A model generated the notes under the pieces. The model had not been told where the DNA came from and searched no databases. It saw only the letters and a program-made list of their open reading frames with translations. From Candidatus Wolfebacteria bacterium GW2011_GWB1_47_1 (GTDB lineage: Bacteria > Patescibacteriota > Minisyncoccia > UBA6257 > UBA9933), in contig CP011209.1 in assembly GCA_001029635.1 (NCBI GenBank), positions 350,866 to 414,865 of the forward strand: a DNA stretch of 64,000 bases. The letters run 5' to 3'. Numbering within the stretch: the stretch's first letter is position 1; the number at the start of each line of letters is the position of its first letter. Position numbers and translations under genes: made by a program. Shown one piece after another: positions 58,115 to 64,000 of the stretch.

Positions 58115-59791
58115 ATGATACCGGATGAGCAATTAAAACAGGTCATAAAAGGTTTCGTTTCGGAGGAAGCGTTGGCCAATGCCGGCGAACTTGCCGCGCG
58201 GGAAAAGATCCCGTTATACGAATCCATCGTGAAGATGGACCTCATGTCCGACCGACATCTCGGTGGTCTTGTTGCCGAGTTTCTCACTATTCCATTTGTG
58301 CAACTTTCTGAAGTCGCCATTCCAAAGGATGTCTTGGATATTGTGCCCGAAGCGGTTGCCAGAAAGCAGGCTGTTATCGTTTTTAATAAAAATGCCGATG
58401 GATTGCATGTGGCAATGGCGGACCCTGACGCTATTGAAATTATAGAATTTATCAAAAAGAAGGCCGGGCTACCAGTTGTTATCTATTTTGCGACGCAGCG
58501 TGATATTGAAAATGCGATCGCACTCTATGCGAAGGATATAAGAGCGATCTTTGACGAGATTATCAAGGAGAACGTCGGAAAAATGCAAGGGAGCGGGTCC
58601 GCACCTGGTACAGATCTGCCGATCATCAAGATCGTTGATACGATCGTTTCTTACGCGTATCAAAATAAGGCTTCGGATATTCACCTTGAGCCTCAAATAA
58701 AAGGTTCGGTTGTTCGATTTCGCATCGACGGTGTTTTACATGACGTGATCACTATACCCTTGGAAATGCATCCCCAGATCGCTTCACGCATCAAGATACT
58801 TTCCAAGCTCCGTATCGATGAGCAGCAGGCAGCCCAAGATGGCAAATTTCAGTTCAGTACGTCTCGGGAAAAATTGGATGTCAGGGTTTCTGTCGTTCCG
58901 GTGACTGGTGGTGAAAAAATAGTCATGCGACTGTTGTCGGAACGGTCCAGGCAGTTTTCGCTTGAAAGTCTTGGATTTTCTGCGGAAAATTTAGAGAAAA
59001 CGAAGGTTGCGTATGCCAAGCCATATGGCATGATCCTTTCAACTGGACCTACTGGTTCCGGGAAGACCACTACTATGTACGCAATCTTGAAAATCCTCAA
59101 TCAGCGGGGTGTAAATATTTCGACCATTGAAGACCCTGTAGAATATGAAATGGAGGGCGTGAATCAGATCCAGGTCAATCCGAAGGCTAATTTGACCTTT
59201 GCGTCCGGTCTGCGCAGCATCTTGCGACAGGACCCAAATATTATTCTTGTGGGGGAGATACGCGATGAAGAAACTGCAGATATTGCGGTCGGCGCCGCCA
59301 TGACGGGTCATCTGGTTCTTTCGACGGTGCATGCAAACGATGCCGCTTCTGCTATTCCGCGTCTTTTGGATATGGGCGTCGAGCCTTACCTGCTTGCGTC
59401 AACAATCAATGTTATTATTGCTCAGCGGTTGGTTCGTAAGATCCACGCTCCTTGCCAGGTGAGCGAAGAAATACCCGCGGACGCAATCATACGACTTGTC
59501 GGAGCCGATGCGTATACCAAGGCATTCGGCGATAAGAAGACGGCATTCACCTATAGAGGGAAGGGGTGTAATCTTGATTATGGTATCGGTTATGAAGGTC
59601 GCGTCGGTATTTATGAAATATTGGTCATAAATGACGAACTTCGGGAGGCAATCATCTCCAAGAAGGACGCGGAGACGCTTAAAAAAATAGCAATCAAATC
59701 GGGCATGATAACCATGATGGAAGATGCGTTGGTAAAGGTTGCTGCCGGCGTTACCACGCTTGATGAATTGATGCGGGCCACGGAAGAATAA
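58115..59791 (+). CDS. pilB: Type IV pilus assembly ATPase PilB (full length with N-terminal GSPII_E_N domain)
   Basis: 558 aa. Walker A GPTGSGKTTT and a C-terminal Cys cluster. Confidence 0.9.
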   Translation: MIPDEQLKQVIKGFVSEEALANAGELAAREKIPLYESIVKMDLMSDRHLGGLVAEFLTIPFVQLSEVAIPKDVLDIVPEAVARKQAVIVFNKNADGLHVAMADPDAIEIIEFIKKKAGLPVVIYFATQRDIENAIALYAKDIRAIFDEIIKENVGKMQGSGSAPGTDLPIIKIVDTIVSYAYQNKASDIHLEPQIKGSVVRFRIDGVLHDVITIPLEMHPQIASRIKILSKLRIDEQQAAQDGKFQFSTSREKLDVRVSVVPVTGGEKIVMRLLSERSRQFSLESLGFSAENLEKTKVAYAKPYGMILSTGPTGSGKTTTMYAILKILNQRGVNISTIEDPVEYEMEGVNQIQVNPKANLTFASGLRSILRQDPNIILVGEIRDEETADIAVGAAMTGHLVLSTVHANDAASAIPRLLDMGVEPYLLASTINVIIAQRLVRKIHAPCQVSEEIPADAIIRLVGADAYTKAFGDKKTAFTYRGKGCNLDYGIGYEGRVGIYEILVINDELREAIISKKDAETLKKIAIKSGMITMMEDALVKVAAGVTTLDELMRATEE

Positions 59792-59799
59792 TTACCTGT

Positions 59800-60861
59800 A
59801 TGTCTATCGACTTTTTTTCAACCATAAGCGAACTTGACACGATCTTGTTTGCAAAACATTTGTCAGTCATGTCGCGCAGCGGTATTTCGCTTTCTGAATC
59901 CGTCGAGACGTTGATCGCGCAGACGGCATCACCGAAGTTCAAGAAGATACTCGAAGGCATCCTCGCCGATCTCGAGAATGGACAACCGCTTTCAAAGGCA
60001 CTTGTCCGACATCCAAAATTTTTTGGTGCATTTTATACGAATTTAATTGAGATTGGAGAGCGGTCAGGTAATCTTTCGCAAAATCTCGATTATCTTGCAA
60101 AGCAATTGGCGAAGAATCATGAGTTTCGAACGAAGATAAAGGGTGCGGCGATGTATCCCGCCATTGTGCTTTCACTAGCTATTGTCGTCGGAATCGGAGT
60201 GAGCGTATTCGCGTTGCCGAAGCTGGTCGATTTGTTTAGCGGGCTCGATGTTGTGCTACCGCTTAATACCAGAATATTGATCGCTATTTCGGTGGCGATG
60301 CGCGATTATGGATTACTGATCTTCGGTGTGTTGCTTGCGGCCATAGGAGGGGTTCGGATCTTACTGCGGCTTCATCCGGTGCGAATGGTTTGGCATATGC
60401 TTCTTCTGCGGCTTCCGATTGCGGGTCCGATCATAAAAAATACGCAGCTCGCGTTGATGTGTCGAGGTCTCGGCGCGATGATTGGAGGTGGCATCCCCAT
60501 TATTACCGCATTGCGAGTGCAGCGAGACAATACGAGTAATCTTGTGTATCAGACCCATCTGGATGGCATTATTAATGCAGTAAATGGTGGCGGTACGTTG
60601 TCGAGACAATTTTCCACGAAAGAACATAAGGATATTCCTCCGATCGTAGGTAAGGTTTTGGCGGCCGGGGAAAAGAGCGGTACCGTTGATGAATTACTGG
60701 TCTATCTAGGGGATCACTTTGAAGGAGAGGTTGATGAGGCGACCAAGCTAATTTCGATCATACTTGAGCCGCTCCTATTATTTATCATTACCACTATTGT
60801 TGGATTTATCGCCTTGTCTATTATTGCACCGATTTATCAATTGACGGGAAGTATTCAATAA
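59800..60861 (+). CDS. pilC: Type IV pilus platform protein PilC/GspF family (second copy)
   Basis: Two GspF repeats, 353 aa. Confidence 0.85.
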   Translation: MSIDFFSTISELDTILFAKHLSVMSRSGISLSESVETLIAQTASPKFKKILEGILADLENGQPLSKALVRHPKFFGAFYTNLIEIGERSGNLSQNLDYLAKQLAKNHEFRTKIKGAAMYPAIVLSLAIVVGIGVSVFALPKLVDLFSGLDVVLPLNTRILIAISVAMRDYGLLIFGVLLAAIGGVRILLRLHPVRMVWHMLLLRLPIAGPIIKNTQLALMCRGLGAMIGGGIPIITALRVQRDNTSNLVYQTHLDGIINAVNGGGTLSRQFSTKEHKDIPPIVGKVLAAGEKSGTVDELLVYLGDHFEGEVDEATKLISIILEPLLLFIITTIVGFIALSIIAPIYQLTGSIQ

Positions 60862-60910
60862 TGATCGTACACAGTGAGTAAATTACAATATCGATCATCG
60901 GCATAGCACT

Positions 60911-61429
60911 ATGAATCATAAAAAAAGACCCACGTTCTCACTGCGTAGCAAGAGGAGAGTATTCGTAACGGGTGTACGATTATGTCGCACGGGCAATGTC
61001 GTTACGGGGTTTACCCTGATTGAAATGGTTCTTGCAATCGCGCTCGTATTTTATATCGGGCTTCTTTCGACCGCATTCTATTCCGGATTTTATCTTCGCA
61101 ATGCCGCCAATATAGTTACGAAAGATCTTGCATTTAGCTTGCGTCAGGCTCAGGTATATAGTATGTCCGGCAGACAGGGGAGTGATTGGGGTGTCGCGCT
61201 TACGGACGATGCCATTATTATATTCAAGGGGTCTTCCTATGCGTCTCGCGCCACCACGTTCGATGAATCACATGCTATCCCTGTGACGCTTGTGGTGACC
61301 GGATTTAATGAGACTGTTTTTTCGCGCATAACCGGATACCCGAGTGCTACATCGACGGTCGTCATAACCGGTGCGGGGCGAACGCGGACCGTAGTGGTTA
61401 ACGAGCAGGGTATCGTAGATCAATACTAA
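60911..61429 (+). CDS. Prepilin-type N-terminal domain protein (pseudopilin), start uncertain
   Basis: GFTLIEMVLAIALVFYIGLLS motif. An apparent 35-aa leader is unusually long. Confidence 0.55.
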   Translation: MNHKKRPTFSLRSKRRVFVTGVRLCRTGNVVTGFTLIEMVLAIALVFYIGLLSTAFYSGFYLRNAANIVTKDLAFSLRQAQVYSMSGRQGSDWGVALTDDAIIIFKGSSYASRATTFDESHAIPVTLVVTGFNETVFSRITGYPSATSTVVITGAGRTRTVVVNEQGIVDQY

Positions 61430-61431
61430 CT

Positions 61432-63234
61432 ATGAACCGCACGCATTATTTTCAAAGAGGTTTATCCGTTCTAGAGGCGATTCTCGCATCGGCACTTTTT
61501 GTACTCATCGCAACAGCTGTTGTTACATTATTACTACAAGGCTTGGGGAGTAATCGGCTAAGTAATGAACAGACGATTGCCAATCAATATGCCGCCGAAG
61601 GTATCGAAGCGGTGCGTAATATTCGGAATCGTTCATCGTATGCGGCACTTGCGACCACTACCGGTATTGGGGTCGACGCCAGTAGTGGTGTCTGGACACT
61701 CGGCGGTACCGATACCTTATTTGATAAATATACCCGCGTGATAACGATTGCCGATGTCTATCGCGATACTGATGGCAACATCGTCTTGAGTGGGGGCGTG
61801 TTTGATCCTAATACAAAGAAGGTGATTTCCACTGTGCGATGGAATGTGTCGTTATCCCGTTCTAATTCGATCGTGTTAATCGCGTATCTTACTAATTGGC
61901 GGGCTCCGATTGTATCATCTGGTGGTATGCTGATCTATGGCGATGGTGGAACGGTTGCCGATACGATTGCATATCGGATATTTGATGGAACCGCCTGGGG
62001 TGCGGCCGGCACCGTCGCTGATGTATCGACGGCAACGACTAATCGGGCTGCGCGAGCTGTTAAGGTTTATTCGTCCGCTGAGACAGGAGGAAAGGTTTTG
62101 CTGTCGCGGCATTATAACGGCACTACCCAATATATATATGGGCAGGTATATAATGCCACTACGACGACATGGGGTAATGTGCAGCTGTTGGCAAGTTGGA
62201 GTGGGTCGACTTATTTGGATGTGCAGAATTTCGACGGGACCTATTTGGAAAATGGTGCATTTATGGCCGTGTATTCGGATAATTCCAGGATTCCAAAGGT
62301 CAGAACATGGAATGGATCGGCATGGATGGCGCAATCGTCGATGACGAGCTTAGGAGCGCCGGTCCAGATTCCGAATTATATTGTTGCCAAAGCGCGACCG
62401 GGGACGAACGAGGTCATGGCAGTATTTTTTACGCAAGGGTTGGACACAATAACACAGTATTATAACGGGACTGCATGGTCCGCTGTTACAACCCATGCAG
62501 CTGTTGCTCCGGTGAGTACAAAGCGGTTTGTTGATTTTGCATGGAGTCTTAATGTGGATACAACCGGGATGCTTGTTTACGCGTTCGGGGTAAATGCAAA
62601 AGCGCTCTCCACTCGGGTCTGGGTTGCTAATGGAACGGGGAGTGGGGCGTGGGGGGCAACTATTGCTACGGCATCCCAGTCGGATACCGTTGGTGCAGTT
62701 TCTGTAGTTGCGCGTGCTGGCGCGAATGAATTTCATCTGTGTAATAAGAATTCGGCGTCGACACCTGCCCTAATATGTTATGCTGCGACGTTTGTCGGCA
62801 ATACTCCAATGATCGTCACGCCGGCAAATAATACTATTGCGGCAGCTACCGACGCGGGTATTGAGCGTAGCTATCATCTTGGGTTTGAGCGGTCAGGTTC
62901 CATCGGAATAGGCGTTTATTCGGACAATACTACCGTTGCGAAGTTGAAGAAATATGCTCCATCCATTAATACCTGGGATGTCGGTGCTACGCCTATTGCT
63001 GCCGCGCCGTATACGTTGGGATCGATCAAATCTGTGCGTGTCGCCGCTGCTTCGCAGAATGATGATATAATGCTATTGATCACCGATGGGAATCTTGATC
63101 TGTATAGCATCGTATGGGATGGGTCAGATGACGCACTTTCGACAAGCCCCCCGGGGAAGGCATTTGTACAGCACGGGCTGAATGGGTCTGCGCCAATTGA
63201 TCTTTGGTATGATTTTACTTGGGACTCACCGTAA
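61432..63234 (+). CDS. Large (600 aa) pilin-like protein with non-canonical prepilin N-terminus
   Basis: MNRTHYFQRGLSVLEAILASALFVLIATAVV (G|LSVLE), then a long Thr/Ser/Gly/Ala-rich beta-rich domain. Confidence 0.55.
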   Translation: MNRTHYFQRGLSVLEAILASALFVLIATAVVTLLLQGLGSNRLSNEQTIANQYAAEGIEAVRNIRNRSSYAALATTTGIGVDASSGVWTLGGTDTLFDKYTRVITIADVYRDTDGNIVLSGGVFDPNTKKVISTVRWNVSLSRSNSIVLIAYLTNWRAPIVSSGGMLIYGDGGTVADTIAYRIFDGTAWGAAGTVADVSTATTNRAARAVKVYSSAETGGKVLLSRHYNGTTQYIYGQVYNATTTTWGNVQLLASWSGSTYLDVQNFDGTYLENGAFMAVYSDNSRIPKVRTWNGSAWMAQSSMTSLGAPVQIPNYIVAKARPGTNEVMAVFFTQGLDTITQYYNGTAWSAVTTHAAVAPVSTKRFVDFAWSLNVDTTGMLVYAFGVNAKALSTRVWVANGTGSGAWGATIATASQSDTVGAVSVVARAGANEFHLCNKNSASTPALICYAATFVGNTPMIVTPANNTIAAATDAGIERSYHLGFERSGSIGIGVYSDNTTVAKLKKYAPSINTWDVGATPIAAAPYTLGSIKSVRVAAASQNDDIMLLITDGNLDLYSIVWDGSDDALSTSPPGKAFVQHGLNGSAPIDLWYDFTWDSP

Positions 63235-63236
63235 TT

Positions 63237-63755
63237 ATGCGCAAAGGATTTACTCTTATTGAAATATTGCTATACGTTACGTTATTAGCAATCATAATGG
63301 GTTCGATTTTGCCGATAGCACTCCAGATTATCAACACCGGAACCAAGAGTGGTGTCGCGCAGGAAGTGTATCACTCCGCACGATATGCGAGTGAGCGGAT
63401 TATGTACGAGATCAGGAACGCAAGCGGTCTCTATACCGCGAGCTCTACTTTTAACGCCAACCTTGCGACAACGGCTGGCGCGGCCTTGTATTTGGTCGGC
63501 TCTTCGTCTTCGACCGACCCTACGGTGATTACGGTTGCGACCGGAACCATTCGGATACAACAGGGTCTTCGTGCGCCGGTTGCATTAAATTCCATCGATT
63601 CATACGCGGAACAGCTAATCTTTTTGAATCATTCTACGAGTACCGCCACCAATATTGGCCTTACACTTACAATGAAAGCTGCCGCAACCTCTACCCGACA
63701 GGAATATAACGCGAGTACGACCATCGCTACGTCCGTTGAATTAAGAAGTAAATAA
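63237..63755 (+). CDS. Prepilin-type N-terminal domain protein (pseudopilin)
   Basis: MRKGFTLIEILLYVTLLAIIMG. The track start 63219 is TTG. Confidence 0.65.
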   Translation: MRKGFTLIEILLYVTLLAIIMGSILPIALQIINTGTKSGVAQEVYHSARYASERIMYEIRNASGLYTASSTFNANLATTAGAALYLVGSSSSTDPTVITVATGTIRIQQGLRAPVALNSIDSYAEQLIFLNHSTSTATNIGLTLTMKAAATSTRQEYNASTTIATSVELRSK

Positions 63756-63798
63756 TATCCGTATGAATGGTTATAAAAAAAATGGAGGATATGTAGCG

Positions 63799-64000
63799 AT
63801 GTTGGCAGTACTTATGATCGCGGGTGCGGGTCTTTTTATCGCAACTTCGGCGTCATTGATCGGCATTGGTGAAATTAAGTCGGCACTATCGATGACCAAT
63901 GGCGAACGTGCATTGACCTTTGTCGAGGGGTGTGTCGAGGATGCTTTGTTGAAGACGTGGGTGAGCCCGATCTATGCCGGCGGGACCATTACGCGGCCCG
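63799..64000 (+). CDS. Pilin-like protein, 5' partial (runs off window end)
   Basis: GGAGG SD 10 nt upstream. MLAVLMIAGAGLFIATSASLIGIGEIKSALSM... resembles a PilX-like minor pilin N-terminus. Confidence 0.4.
   Translation, partial: MLAVLMIAGAGLFIATSASLIGIGEIKSALSMTNGERALTFVEGCVEDALLKTWVSPIYAGGTITRP

Overview
This 64-kb window looks like a gene-dense bacterial chromosome segment of roughly 45-50% GC (estimated by eye). Most genes are on the + strand. Many gaps are very short or overlap by 4 nt (ATGA or TGATG). Recurrent hairpin terminators have the form aaagcccc-loop-ggggcttt. Several genes have a TATAAT-like hexamer 6-10 nt before the ATG with no Shine-Dalgarno sequence, suggesting leaderless mRNAs. 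Taken together with the pilin type and the very large pilin-like proteins, this is consistent with a small-genome Patescibacteria/CPR-like organism; that is inference only.

Housekeeping content:
- M3 peptidase, CTP synthase, cysteine desulfurase, ClpB, ParA/ParB, DNA polymerase X, phosphoglycerate kinase, a DHH phosphoesterase, and RNase P RNA (hidden under spurious antisense ORFs).
- NRAMP Mn transporter divergent from a TetR-MFP-RND efflux operon.
- RRM protein, pseudouridine synthase, NUDIX hydrolase.
- A complete F0F1 ATP synthase operon, with AtpZ upstream and the order atpB-E-F-H-A-G-D-C.

Accessory and unusual content:
1. Two type IV pilus loci. Locus 1 (40.0-49.4 kb) has a short PilB, PilC, a 590-aa pilin-like protein, a surface protein, two minor pilins, and two tandem major pilin paralogs. 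Locus 2 (58.1-64.0 kb) has a full-length PilB, PilC, and four or more pilin-like genes including a 600-aa one.
2. A ~100-nt structured-RNA-like element in five copies, each directly 3' of pilC, pilin 1, pilin 2, atpB and atpE, with compensatory base-pair changes between copies. This is the most novel signal in the window.
3. A 26-aa CxxCxxCxxC peptide ORF with a strong RBS and a terminator immediately upstream of the cysteine desulfurase, a candidate Cys-sensing attenuator.
4. A eukaryote-style OPRT-OMPDC (PyrE-PyrF) fusion gene that looks GC-rich, next to a 560-bp non-coding region of degenerate ~100-bp tandem repeats and GATC-centred perfect palindromes.
5. A cluster of GH130 (DUF377, CEDPR motif) glycoside phosphorylase-like genes with a cupin gene.
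6. A small dispersed REP-like repeat, GATTCCCGCCTnCGCGGGAATGACA.

No CRISPR array, tRNA, transposase or integrase was recognised.
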